A stretch of DNA of 51,671 bases, counting the filler, from Thelocarpon superellum (taxonomy: Eukaryota): the NCBI GenBank assembly GCA_026025795.1. It is 2 parts of 2 records of this genome, joined end to end, with 100 filler letters (N's around TTAATTAATTAA, not from the genome) between each part and the next. Parts side by side here need not be neighbours in the genome. Positions count along the whole stretch, not along the records: positions 1 to 25,801 come from JAPEUG010000263.1; 1 more part is not named here. One strand, given 5' to 3'. Positions 1 through 12,422 of the stretch are shown piece after piece (positions within the stretch are counted from its first letter, which is position 1; the number at the start of each line of letters is the position of its first letter). The position numbers and the translations under genes were made by a program. The notes beneath the pieces are model-generated. The model ran no database searches, was not told the origin of the DNA, and worked only from the letters and a program-made list of their open reading frames with translations.

Positions 1-691
1 ATGTCTTCCACCGAAGTCTCGTCGGCCGCAACGGAGCCGTCTTTGGTGACAAGGCCAAATGCTACGGAAGGCACAGATAGCAAGCCAAAGAGACTGTTGG
101 TCGTGTGTCCACGCTTCGTCCTCTCAGACTGACCAATACTCCAGGCCTGTGTCCGTCGAGAAGCCGACGCCGTACACTTTTGACCTGGGCAACCTCCTTG
201 CCTCCGACCCGAATCCCGTCCCTTCCGTCTCCGAGCCGACTCTTTCCTCGACCGCGCGTGATGGCGCCCAGGCCCTCCTCAATCAACTTCTCACCACCTG
301 TCCCATTGCATCAACCCCGGCCGGCGTGCTACTCACCCTCCCTCCCGCCTCTACTCCCCTCCCTCGCGAAAAGGCGCTGCCGGCCGACAAGCCTCTGACC
401 AAATGGCAGCAATTTGCCGCGAAGAAAGGAATCAAGGACAAGAAGAAAGAAGGCAAGATCGTCTACGATGAAGCGACGGGCGAATGGGTGCCAAAGTGGG
501 GCTACAAGGGGGCGAACAAGAAGGGAGAGTCAGATTGGATCGTCGAGGTGGACGAGAAGAAGGAGCGAGAGCAGGGGATGGCGAGTGACGGAGGACGGAA
601 TGTGGGGAGGAGAGAGCGCAAGGAGCGTGTTCGGCGCAACGAGCGCCGCGAGAGGGCAAACGAGAAGCGAAACCGGACCAAAGGAGCGTAG
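1..691 (+). CDS. RRS1: Ribosome biogenesis regulatory protein RRS1; exons 1-95, 145-691
   Basis: ATG at 1; intron 96-144 (GTTGGT...CTGAC...CAG) joins KPKR-L-PVSVEKPTPYTFDLGNLL; motifs ARDGAQALLNQL, LPREK, TKWQQFAAKKGI, GEWVPKWGYKG. Confidence 0.95.
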
Positions 692-978
692 AGGAGGCAG
701 AGGAGTGAACTTGAACGTGGCAAACGAGGGCTCACTTGCATGGGACGGCGTTGGGTTGGGCCGGTCTACGATGGTCTGATATCAGGTGCACTAGATGCGT
801 TCCCCGAGATTGCTCGAGAGAATGGAATCTCGAGTGAATCCACCGAGGGAAGCAGAGGACAAGGCAAAGATCGTGCCAGTGATGCGGTGGAGCGAGTGAC
901 CACATGTCTCACTCTGCACCGATACGAGCAGATACTCCTACCAACACCACACACCTCGCTCCTCATCACCGCCGTCAG

Positions 979-1278
979 TCAGCGAATCTTCCCCGCTTCC
1001 CGGAGAAAGTCCTCCACATCCAGAACATTCACATCCGCCACCTGCGTCAAGCGGATGCGGCGGAGGTACTCGCTGATTTCGGCACAGATGCGCAGTTCCT
1101 CGTTACCGACATCGTCCGGTCCCACCGACGCCATGTGTTCGGCGTACTCCAGGTTCCACCGGTCGATGGTGATGATGGCAGCTAGCGCACAGTACCGCTC
1201 GTCCAGGGTCTGCGCCTCGCGCCACCGCCGCAGAGTGGCGGGCGGTAATTCACTGGCGGACTCGAAAAACACTGGCAT
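979..1278 (-). CDS. Small hypothetical protein (99 aa)
   Basis: Protein-like composition with GC-rich third positions; TATAAA-like box on the minus strand at ~1386-1391; no recognised family. Confidence 0.4.
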   Translation of the reverse strand: MPVFFESASELPPATLRRWREAQTLDERYCALAAIITIDRWNLEYAEHMASVGPDDVGNEELRICAEISEYLRRIRLTQVADVNVLDVEDFLREAGKIR

Positions 1279-1802
1279 GATACCTCAGCGGCTTCCCGTG
1301 GCGTGGTGTGGGCCGGGCAAGCCAGTCCTGTCGTAGTCCAGGAGCATAGGAACGAGAGCGGAGAGGGGGGGGAGAGAGGTCCACGTTTATAGACATAGCC
1401 CCAGGGACATGTTTCCCATGTTCGGGTCCGTCACGCATGAGATGCATCGGGCATGTGTTGGTACATTAAGTGAATAAGGCCAGATGCTGCAGAACAATCA
1501 ATTGCACGCAACGCAGAATCCCGCCACTCCTATGGTACACGGGTCCTTGGGCGACCCAACACGATGAGAGGGATGCAACGAGCATAGCCAACCGAAGACG
1601 CTTCTGCAAATCGGATGCGGGCCGCATTGGTCAACGCTGTGGGAAAGGGTAAAGGGTATTCAAAGAGACTCGTAGGCTCGGCCAACGGCTGAATAGAGGA
1701 GAGGTGGTCATGGGCCTCGCGATGCATCGAGTGGGGCAGGTGGGTAGGAGGTCGAGGGGCGTGGAGCGCCCTCGTCAGCTGGACGGCACGCAATCGTGGT
1801 GC

Positions 1803-4055
1803 TTAGATGCCGAGGGGCGACAAGGGCATCATGGGCGTCAGCGGCGGAAGCTGCTGCGACGCTTGATCGGTTCCACCCGCCCTCGCCTCGTCAGGCACGC
1901 TGCCGTTGGTGCCAGGGTTCGTCGTCGGCCCCACGTGGAGATTCTCGTGGTGCTTCTCCGACGATTCTCGGCCATCGCTGAACGCCTTGCTGCTACTGCT
2001 GGCCGACGAGGCCGCGCGGCCACGCTCCCGTTCCCGCTCGCGCTCGCGCTCGCGCTCGCGGTCACGCTCATCCCCGCCGTCTTGCGACACCACCGTGCTG
2101 GGGGCCGTGCTGGCGTTCGAAGGTAGGATCCCATCCAGCACACGATACTCGTCCAGGAGCGCTTCCTTCTCCGTCCAGCAGCCTTGCCAGCAATGCTTCC
2201 AGTCACACACCAGGAATTGGAAGCAGAAGCCGTCGATCTTGAGGCACGGCTGGAAGCAGATGCACAGGTTTCGGTAGTCCATCTTATTCTTGTCCACGTA
2301 TGAGTGCAGCAGGCTGAGGTGGCACGTGATGGCAAAGAGCAGGTAGTACTTGAAGGGCGGCAGCTTCGACAGCTCGTCCTTGAGCATCTGCGGCACCTCC
2401 GTCGCACCCATACAGTGCTCGGCGATGCGCGCTTGTGTCGCCTTGGGCAGGATCTCGTCCGGCAATTCGCGCAGCCAAGCCTTGAACATGGATCCGATGA
2501 TGTTGATATCATAGAGATCCGGCTCCTCGAACAGGTTAATGTCGTACTCTGCCACCATGTCAGCCTCGTCTCGGATCTTGCGCCGCCTCGCACCAACTCG
2601 GTCCGGATTGGACTCACCAGTGTCAAATCGCCGTTGCCAGTGCTTTACCCGAGGCCCGCTCCCTGGGATCCGATAAAGGCCCTCTTCCTCGCACCCCTTG
2701 TCATTCAGATAACTGCCATCTGGTTAGCCTCTGGCCGCTCATACATCTCACGCGCTGGGGTGAGAGACGCACTCAATGCAGCGCCACGGGAGTGCCGGCA
2801 TCCAGAACTCCGTCTTGTCCTTTGAGTGCTCCAGCCGCTTCGAGATGCGCGTGCGCCGCGTCTGCTCGATCAGTGGCAGATTGATCGTGGTGCAGACATA
2901 GCTCTCGTCCGTGACATTGTCGCCGCTGCTCGTCGTCCGGGTCAATTTCCCAAAGATCCCCTTGCCGGCCTTGCCGATGCCATCGGCTGCCTTGGTCGAG
3001 GACGACTTGAGCCCGGAGAACAAACCAGACCCCGAGCCATCGCGAAATGAGGACGCAAAAGTGATGGGGTGGCGCCCACTCTCTTTCGTCGAGCCAACGC
3101 TGCCCGCATCGGATTCGCCGCCATGGCGATCGGCTGAACGATGACGGGCGTTGGAATTCATCATGTCGCGGAAGGAGCGGTCCCGCTCGTGCTGCAGCGG
3201 CGCCGTCTTGAGCGTCGGCGGCTCGTCCATCGGATCACGCGGGACTGAGGTCTCTGACTCAGCGAAGCGCTGGTGGTTCATCGTCTTTGGCAGCGGCGGC
3301 GTCGTGCCGGGCTCGACCCGGATCGATCGCGAGCGTGAGAGCAAATGTGCAAACGGCTTCGGTCGGTTCTTCCGCGCCGTGTTCATGTCTCGCTCCACCA
3401 CCCGCGGTTGGAGAAACCGCCCCGATTTGGGAGGAGCGCCGACCGGACGGCGGGAGATGACGCTTACCTCTGGCACGTCTGGTGGAAGGCTCATCAGCGT
3501 CCTGCCTGGGCCGTGCGAGAGATGGAGAGACACTGTACCTTGATGGTTGGAAAAGCTCGACTCATCCGCCGTGCTGGTTTGTGAAAGGTCGGGGGTCGAG
3601 CTTGGACTCGGGCGAAGATCGAGCGTGGGATCGTCTTCATGACCCAGCGAGGGTGACCGCTCGCCGTGCGACACCTGTCGGATGGTGCTTTCGGGGCCCT
3701 GCAACAGGTTGGAGGATTTGGAAGCTTGGTGGTTCTGGAAGAAGGATCGAGAATCGCCCTGCTCTGCCCGGGGTTCGAGCATCGGCCGAATGAGGGGGGG
3801 TGAGGACAGCGTGGGTGAGTCGGCCGTTTCCTGCGAGAGAGAGGCCAAGGGGGTCAAGCGACTCGGAGGGACGGTCGAGGAGCCCTCGAGACGTGTGTGA
3901 GCGCGTGGGCTGGCCATTCCGTCTTCTTGAAACGACGTTTTACGGGCGGAAGGCTGGGGCGAATGGGGGCTGGACGGTGACGTTGCCCCAGGATCGCGAG
4001 GGCCAAAAGGTGACAGGGCCAATGAAAGTGACTTGGACTTGGACTTCTTCGACAT
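1803..4055 (-). CDS. RhoGAP-domain protein; introns 3479-3538, 2713-2772, 2549-2617
   Basis: Spliced product reads LPLIEQTRRTRISKRL..KTEFWMPALPWRCI-DYLNDKGCEEEGLYRIPGS..-EYDINLF..GSMFKAWLRELPDEI..NKMDYRNLCICFQP, including the GLYRxPG arginine finger; canonical splice sites and branch points. Confidence 0.93.
2035..2060. repeat. (CGCTCG)n coding microsatellite giving an ER dipeptide run in the RhoGAP tail
   Basis: Directly visible; encodes ERERERER on the minus strand. Confidence 0.85.
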
Positions 4056-6614
4056 GCCCGTCGATATTGGCGGGCGTCAACGAAGATGGAGAGGGCAAGA
4101 TGCAGAGTGAATGATGCGGCTCGTGTGGAAGGCGGGCAAGGGAAGAAAGGTCCACCGTTGTCGAGCCTGGCTGGGCGGATGATGAGACGTGGCGCTCGAG
4201 CGACCCGGGTCAGCTGGCGCGCAGCATCAGCATCAGGCTCAAGATGGCTCGCCAGTTACATCCAACGTTGATCGATTTGGGCGGCGATGTAGGAGAGCGG
4301 ACCTAGGTACCGCTCATCGCCAGGGACAGCACAAACGGTCAACCTTCCCAGAGCCTGTGGCGGGGCAGATTGGCAGGTACGGCGGAGGGCGGACAGACGA
4401 CGCTCGGGTCGTAAGGCGGAGTGGGTGCTGGCGGATGTGCCCGGCGGCGCGGCGGTACGAAGCCGAGGTCGGCCACTCGGCGTGCGGCGGACAAAGGATG
4501 GGCCGGACACGCGACTGGCTCAGGGCGGTCGAGCGAGCCTGACGGTAGATGGAGGGTACGTTGAAAGAGTTGGCCGCGGCAAGAAGGACTAGTGGGCAAA
4601 ATGACATGGATCAGTCTGGTATTCGTCGCTGAAGGCATGAATTCAAGCGTCCCGATTTAGGAGGGAAGTAAGCATGAATGCAGGGTCCGGCAACGCCGCG
4701 TAACCTATGCTTGTCACTCCCGAGCATGCTCGAGGCGAGGCGGCAGCGAGGGTCGAGAGCGAGAGGACCACAGCATGCACCGCGACGGTGCACGGAAAGG
4801 ATGGCACGCCACACGGGCCGGCATAGAGTTGGGCGTCACTTACAGAAGCGTCTGACGGCTGGACGTCCGCGCAGCCCGGCAGTCGCCGAATCCCAAGATC
4901 CCAATCACGTCGGCAGGTAAATGTACGCTCCTGGTTGATCTGGAGAACAATCCTGGGGTCGATGCACGCAGATGCGAATCGTCGCTCGACAAGACGCGAG
5001 GCGAGGATATCGTGGACCAGGGGGAGAGTGCCGTTCCGGGTGCGAGGGAACCACCAACAAGGACGCAGGGAACCCCGGAGAAGACGTCGGAGGGAGACGC
5101 ACAACAACCCTCAGACTCCCTCAACGGGCGACTGTCTCCAGCGTCGGATAGGACGTTGGTGATGAGGGTCAATGGCGACGCCGACGGGACTGGCGGCGGT
5201 GGCAGTGGTGGTGGTGGTGGAAGTGGTGGTGTCGTCGCCACCACCAGTTTTGAGTTCCGCGCGCTGCTTGTTCCCCCTCAGCGATTCGTGGCCGCAGTCC
5301 AGTGCGGCCTAGCCGATAAGGCTTAGGGACATCCTACTCTCTCCACGCCGCACTTCGGACCTCGCCCCTAGCACCTCGCAGCTCGCACTCTCACAGTCGC
5401 TCTCGTCCACGGCCCTAGCCTCGTGCCAGTGCAGAGGTGGCCGCGCACGCTATCGAATCCCGCAGCACCTCCGGAGTACTCCTTGGGGCGCCGGGCTCCC
5501 GTGGGGATATTTTCCCCACTGGACAGGCAGCTACGATTCAATTCCGCTGCAGACCGTACCAGTGCACACCGTCAAGCCTCATTATTGATGACCAGGCTCC
5601 CCCTACTGAATCCACTGTAACAGCGCTAAACACCGTTCGCGAGCCCAATGCCGTGACCTTACTCGAGGCCTACGTGCTCAGGGATGCATGCGTGGCGGTA
5701 GGCCGCTAAGCGCCGAAGGAAGGAACGCGGGCAGTCTACGGAGGCGAATGGCGAAGGAAGAGACGCAGACGGGAGGACGGCGGTGAGTGACAGGGGAGGG
5801 AGTAGTCGACGGCAACTCGAGTCGCCACGCTCAGGTGGAACAGGCGAGTTTAGGCCGACGGCGACTTGGACAATATGGCCGGGCTAGTATACAGCCAGGT
5901 TGGCCGGCCAGAGGCGGGGAAAGGGCGTGTCGGTGCCGCGATGATGAAAGATGGGACACCCGCCATGCGATTGCGCTCAGGGCGCCGCTAAAATAAGTAC
6001 CCGTGGGCCAGGTACCTGACTAGGTCGCTTCTGTTCAGAGGAACCTGTCTCATGTACCTGAACCGAGATGTCGCAGATAAAGTGGCTGCACCAGCCCTCG
6101 CCAACTCCAAACTGCGTCCGTTGCCCTTGCGCAATGCCGGAGTCGGACCACAGTCATGTGATGACGGAGCCCCACGCCAGCCATTGCCAGCAGCCCAGGC
6201 TTCTCGGCCGGGGAAGGTGTAGGGGAACGGATTCCGGGGAGCGACCCTTCAGACGCCTACCACGACTAGGAGGCATCGATCATCAATAGGACTAAACGAT
6301 ATACCACGCAGAGTGAGTTGACCATCAACGTTGATGAGCCTGGGGAAACCAGCGTCACGAGTCAGACCCCTGCAATGTTCCGCGGGCGCGGAACATTGCA
6401 GGGGGGCCCGATTGACGATATGGCACGTGCGTCGAACAGCTGCCGTGAAGGCCTGTACGGCAACTACGGCGATCCCTCCGACTATGTTAGTGCTATGTTA
6501 CTAATACCAGCACATCGACATTTGGTGGCATGAACGTATCGGCGTGCACGAGCCGTCGTGGAATCTGTTCATCCACCGGATCTTGTCCGTGAGAGCATCT
6601 GCATCTCCTCGGAT

Positions 6615-7803
6615 ATGTCGCTGATCGCGGGACCCGGGAGAGGTGGGGTTTCTCACGAGGCGCCGAGCGCCCGGCAACTTCATGTCGAGAAACACGTGCG
6701 GTACATTCGGACCCTCGATACCGTGCGTGGCTGCTGGCGTTTGCGCTATCCTGGAGCTCCGCGAAAACGTTAACGTGCTGGCAGCGGAAAGACGAGCTTG
6801 AGTACTGGCTCACGGAGCACCTTCGGCTGAATGGCGTCTATTGGGGCCTGACGGCTCTCCACCTCCTCGGTCATCCCGACGCCTTGCCACGCAGCGACAC
6901 GATCGAGTTCGTGCTCTCTTGCCAACACGAGCATGGGGGCTTTGGTGCGGGCCCCGGTCATGATGCCCACATGCTGTACACCGTCAGTGCCATCCAGATC
7001 CTCGCCACCGTCGATGCCCTCGACGACTTGGATCGAAATGACCGACGGGGCCGCGTGAGGGTGGTCGAGTGTGAGTGAGCGTCGACAGCCCTCGTCTTCC
7101 ACGGGCTCGGGCCGACTGACGCCGCAAGGTAGACATCGCACAGCGACAAAACCGACAGACGGGGGCCTTTGCGGGGGATGATTGGGGCGAAGCCGACACG
7201 CGCTTCGTCTATGGCGCCCTCAACGCACTCTCCTTGCTGGGCCGTCTCGACCAGGTCGACGTGTCGGCCGCCGTCGCGTACGTGCAGTCTTGCGCCAACT
7301 TTGACGGAGGCTACGGGCTAAGCCCGGGGGCGGAATCGCATGCCGGACAGGTCTTCACGTGTGTAGGAGCGTTGGCCATCACGGGTCGCTTGGACCTCGT
7401 GGACCAGGAGAGCCTGGGTCGGTGGTTAAGTGAGCGACAGATGCCCGCGGGGGGACTGAACGGTCGACCGGAAAAGCTCGAGGACGCCTGCTATAGCTGG
7501 TGGGTGGGGAGTAGCCTGGCCATGATCGGCAAGCTACACTGGATTGACCGAGATCGCCTTCGCGCCTTCATCTTGGGCTGCCAGGACACTGATCATGGCG
7601 GCCTCGCCGACCGTCCCGGTGACATGGTCGACGTGTTCCACACACATTTTGCCATTGCAGGCTTGAGTCTGCTCGGGGACCCTGATTTGAAAGCCGTAGA
7701 TCCCATCTAGTGAGTCCCATCCCACGTCTCATGCCTTGGATCCTGACCCTGCTGCCTCAGTTGCATGCCGCGCGAGGTCACTCAACGTGTACTTGGCCGA
7801 TGA
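6615..7803 (+). CDS. BET2: Rab geranylgeranyltransferase (type II) beta subunit; exons 6615-6722, 6785-7070, 7133-7709, 7761-7803
   Basis: [75 protein letters not shown]; all introns are GT-AG and restore frame. Confidence 0.96.
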
Positions 7804-8526
7804 GAAGCATTCCCTTCGTAGGTCCCCCGATGAGTTCCTCCATGATGCCGTGCACGTCCGTGACGATACATGTGGTCCCTCTTACCATCTAATACCCCGC
7901 TTCTCAAATCCACTGTTGCTGCCGGGATACAATGTAAGAGGAGAAGAAGCCGGTGATGCCGTCCACACCCCACGCGCTTATCCGCGTGATGGTGAAACGG
8001 CTTGCATCTACATTTCGAAGACTCGAGCGAGCCTCCGTAGGTGTCCTCCTACTTTACCGCTGTACAGCAGTGCTGTATACTATCCTCATCACAACGGACT
8101 GGCCATACACAACGTGAAGAGCTCCTGCTTCAGGCTTCCCTACCATACCACGCATCGCTCCTTCGCCGTAGCGACCGCTTCTTCGGCCACGACACAGATG
8201 GCCCGCCATCGCCCTTTCTTCTTTCACCATGTTTTTTGCAGCGATGGCAGCCCTTAGTCTCAAGCACCGAGTCCCTACGGGGCCTGCTCCATCGACCCGG
8301 GTGGTGTCTCGCGTCCCACCCCTCTCGCTCGCTCATCTCCACTCCCTCTGCTCGTCTCTTCCTCACCTCTCACCCGCTTCTCACCTTTCCGTGCAGAGGG
8401 GAGATCGTCGTCTCTCCTCCTCATTGCTTAAGCTCCCCATAGCAAGTGCCCAGGACATTCTGACTGTAGCTTCCCTCTCCTCACAATCCTTACGACGGAC
8501 GCCAGACGCTCGTGCAAGCTCTCATC

Positions 8527-10409
8527 ATGGCCCACCATGCTATCGCTTCGATTCCGCTTCATTGCTCCATCTGTCCCAAAGACCCCAAGTTCAGCGACCC
8601 GTCTCACTTGCTCACCCACGTCGCCTCCAAGGGGCATCTCTCGAACCAGTTCAAGATCAGCGTCCGCACCTCGACCGACGTCACTGCCCGCGAGAAGTTG
8701 GCCAAGTACAATGCGTGGTACGAGAAACACGGCATCGAGAAGCTGCTCTCGCAACGCATGAAGAAGAAGGACGCAAAGCATGCCAAAGATCGCAAGTTTG
8801 CCGCCGCCAGCGCCGCCGCCTGTCACCAGGCAAGTGCTCATATGCCCAGAAACTCCGACTCTTCGCTCCACAGCGGTACGTCGGTAGTACTAACCGGACT
8901 GCGCAGGCCACGGTGGCCGCACGTCAGCCCAAGCGGGAGATCACCGCCGATTCTCCTAGTGCGCCGGCTGGCGAACGCCGTGCCCACATCCCCGTGCCCC
9001 GCATGCACATGTGGTCTGTTCCTGCACGTCTCTCTTCTGAGGAAGTCTTGGAAGCGACTGGCCCGGGCTCCACCGCGCCGTCCGACGGTGGTCTGTCGGA
9101 CTTTCACGCAGCATTTGGGGATCTCGCCGACGATCCCTTTGTTGTCTACCCCTCTCATACATCGGTCTCATCGTACACATCCAGCCTGGGGGACGATGTC
9201 GACGGGAAGTCGCCTGAAACGATGACACATGGCGGCGGTGACGTCCAGCTGAAAGGGGTGTGCTGGCCTGGCATGGACATCTTTGATTCGGCGACGCCGG
9301 AGATGAAGCGAAAGCGCAACCAAAAGAAGGACGATTCGTTAGCCATGCAATTGGAGATCAGTTCGACGCTCGTCGAGGCTACGGAACAAATGTTCGGCAA
9401 CGACGGCGATCTCCAGCAGGAACGGCCCATCTCTCGCCTGCTGGAGGACAGCCCAGGCAAGCCGTCGACGGGCACGAGTCGATCGTCGCAAGAGGCGTCG
9501 CAGATGGGCGTGCTGGGGAATAGCAACATCCACGGTATTCGATACAACGTGCCGGCTACGTCCCACGTGAAGACTCGCACGGGCGTCAAGCCGGGCCCAA
9601 CCCTCGAGACACAGCCAGGACATCGTACGGCCGCCGTTGGCCATACCGAGCCAGCCTCCTTCGGTCCGCGCGACGGACTCCCAAATGGATCGTGGGCGGA
9701 CGAGGATGCGGAGTGGCGCTTGACGTTCGGAACGCAGGGGAAGAAACGTGATCTGCGCATCTTCGAGGACGGCGATGGACCGGCGGATCAGAAGCCGGCG
9801 AAGATGGCTCGATCCGGGTTGTCCGAGGTGTCAACGTCGTACTCAGCTCGCGACTCCTATCACCTCCGACAGGCCGACAATTTCGCCTTCCTCAACGCCG
9901 GCTATCCGCTCTTGTCGCCTGATCTCCCGACCGGACCAGCATCGCTGTCTCATCCTTTTCATTCGTATGCTAGTGCTCATGCTGGCGGCAAGGAAAACGT
10001 CATGCCGCTCGAGGACGGTAGCTTTGGTCTCGTGGGCGACCCGACGGGATGGACCAGCCACGAGGCGACGGCGAGCTATCGTCCCCTGCCAGGCTCTCAA
10101 GGCCTCGACTATCACACGAACCTCCCGCGTCAGATGGACTTTGGCTCGTATCCCCATCTTGGAGGCTATACCTTTTCTAGCAACAATCCGTTGGCGTGCT
10201 CTTATCCGGGCCAAGCTGCACCACAGCTCTATTCCGATGAGCAGCGTTGCTCATCCTTCCATGTCGCTCCTCATCTGGCGCCGCGCTCTCGCCTTGGCTC
10301 TCACGATCACCACTCAACCTTGCTCGGATTCACAGAGAAGTCACGTGACGGATGCGCAGGCTATGGCAGCCACGATGACCACAGCCCGTCTGCCAAAAGC
10401 CTGGGATAA
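8527..10409 (+). CDS. Conserved fungal protein with N-terminal C2H2-like zinc finger; exons 8527-8829, 8907-10409 (GC-AG intron)
   Basis: IPLHCSICPKDPKFSDPSHLLTHVASKGHLS and LKGVCWPGMDIFDSATPEMKRKRNQKKD lie in different frames, joined by GCAAGT...TACTAAC...CAG. Confidence 0.85.
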
Positions 10410-10863
10410 GCGCAAGGTGGCGCTGTGGTTGCGTGACTGAGAGGCGATGGCTTGCGGACATTCATCCTTGGTGCTCACACAACTCTGATTTTCGTCCTCG
10501 GCGGTGGGCATTGTGAGCGCAAGAGGTCCATCACAAGAGTGAGATTTGCAGGGACGTGGCTCATCATACTCGCTGTCCCCTGACCCGACTGTCATTTCCA
10601 CGCCTTGATTCTCATCACCATTTTTATTTCCATTCTTCCACGTTTGTTGCGAATAGTCTTTCCCACCACGCCGGAGTAGGGTCGGCCATTCAATGAAAAC
10701 GTGCGCATCATTCCAGAAATATGATAGGAGCGGGATAAGATTGAGGGGCAGTGGAAGGAGTAGCGTAGAGTATGGTATGTTGTGTCGACTTCGCCTCTGG
10801 ATATCATCCCCCACGTACAAAGTCACCGGCTCAAGAATGACTCGTCGGCAAGGACGAGCGCAC

Positions 10864-11532
10864 TCATGGCTGATCCAAGACCCGAAAGACCGTCAGATTT
10901 TCGACCTGGCAATCTCGAGCAGGATCCATTGCGTCCGGAGGGCAGCCTAGCTCCTCGCGGATCTCTTCTCCCGTCATGCCTGGCTTTATGTTCATGCTCG
11001 CGATGATCATTGCCGCTTGCACGCACGAGGTTGTGTTTGAATCACCGGACGCCACAATGGCTTCAGGAGGCGAAACTCGAGTGGACTCTGGATGCGCACG
11101 ACGGACTTCGCACCTGCTCCCCCCTCCTTGATGTGGTAGCGACGGCGACGGCGGCGGCGGAGGAGCAGACGAGAACGCAAGGGGCGCGATGACACTGGCC
11201 AGCGTCGGCGTCGTCATTGTCAAAGGCAGATCATCCGCCCACCCCAGCCCGTCGACGCTCTCCTGGGTTTTCCGCGCCAGCACGGCGTCGATCTGCTGAG
11301 AAGTGACGCCTCGTTCGCTCAGCATATCGCGCAGACATTGATTTTCGCAGGCGACCTTGCGCGCCGCTGCCTGGAGCGCGGTGGAGGCTTCAACGCCGTG
11401 GAGTTCGTACTGGCGCAGTCGCTGCTGCATTTCTTGCATGTGCTCTCGGCGCCGCGTGCGTGATCGTCGCTGGTTCTCGCGGATCCGTCCGAGCTTGTTG
11501 CTCTGTGTGGCCATGCTTGCCGTGCCCACCAT
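10864..11532 (-). CDS. bZIP-type transcription factor (start at 11532 or 11514)
   Basis: Basic region RIRENQRRSRTRRRE followed by a coiled coil (AARKVACENQCLRDML); C-terminal TTSC..AAMIIASM...ELGC...CQVENLTVFRVLD typical of this fungal bZIP subgroup. Confidence 0.85.
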   Translation of the reverse strand: MVGTASMATQSNKLGRIRENQRRSRTRRREHMQEMQQRLRQYELHGVEASTALQAAARKVACENQCLRDMLSERGVTSQQIDAVLARKTQESVDGLGWADDLPLTMTTPTLASVIAPLAFSSAPPPPPSPSLPHQGGGSRCEVRRAHPESTRVSPPEAIVASGDSNTTSCVQAAMIIASMNIKPGMTGEEIREELGCPPDAMDPARDCQVENLTVFRVLDQP

Positions 11533-11540
11533 GCTCTTCG

Positions 11541-11564
11541 TTGCTTGCTTGCTTGCTTGCTTGC
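11541..11564. repeat. (TTGC)6 microsatellite just upstream of the bZIP start
   Basis: Directly visible. Confidence 0.9.
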
Positions 11565-12422
11565 TTTCTGGACTACTTCCACAGCTCGGGGTATGAGCGG
11601 AACGTTCCGTTTCCGATGGGCCCACTCGTGCCCCACATCACGTCCGTAAAGGAACGGGCTTTTCTTACTAAGAGTGCCGGATTGGCGACTCTAACATAGT
11701 GGCAAGCTAGACGGCGGACGCCGTGTTATATGTTGGCGAGTCTCGTTAAACGATCCGGGGTCGAGGAGCAACAAGGGAGCTGGTCCGGGTAACATAGTAT
11801 TACCACCAATTCAGTCATACTTCCCAAGCAGCAGCCGCCTAAGTTAATGCCAGCCTTGCGGGGCCGAGGATAAGAAGCACCCAAAAAGACCCCAGACTCG
11901 AGGCCTCCTCTCCACGGCCTAGCCGTCGTAGCCATCAGATAATGCTTGTCTCATAATGAGCTTAGCCTCCCATCGTGATAGGGAACGGGTTCGTGCTGAG
12001 CGCTGTCTGTCCAATTCAAATCTAGAGGTTGGTATTGAGTGGTCGCGGATTCTCGATCTGGAGCCTCCTCGGGACTAATCCGCTTGATAGGAGCCACGGG
12101 GCGGCATGAGTCAGCGCTAGCTGCAGCGTCAACATGGCTTCGCCGACGCGAAGCTCTCGAAGAGAACGACAATACTCGCACGCTACGTGTTCGGGCAGTG
12201 GCCCGGTGTCAGGATTGCAGGTCACGTGGACTACCACGTGATCCCTCAGCTCATACAACTAGCAAGTTCGCTCTAGCTTAGCTAGTTAGACAATACGATC
12301 ACTAGCTTCTACCTGAATAAAGGCCGAGAGCCTGACACCCGGTGATTCAGGGTGGTCAGGTTGCGGGCAGGGACATCCACGTCAGGGAGATCCCTGACCG
12401 AGCATCCTTCTGCGGATCATAG

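Noticed and set aside
4256..6400. Many short ORFs and a (GGT)n tract
   Set aside because: No family motifs; consistent with the divergent RhoGAP/BET2 promoter and UTR region
8229..8906. N-terminal part of the 726-aa ORF
   Set aside because: Starts at a non-ATG codon; the conserved zinc finger is in another frame and is joined by the GC-AG intron
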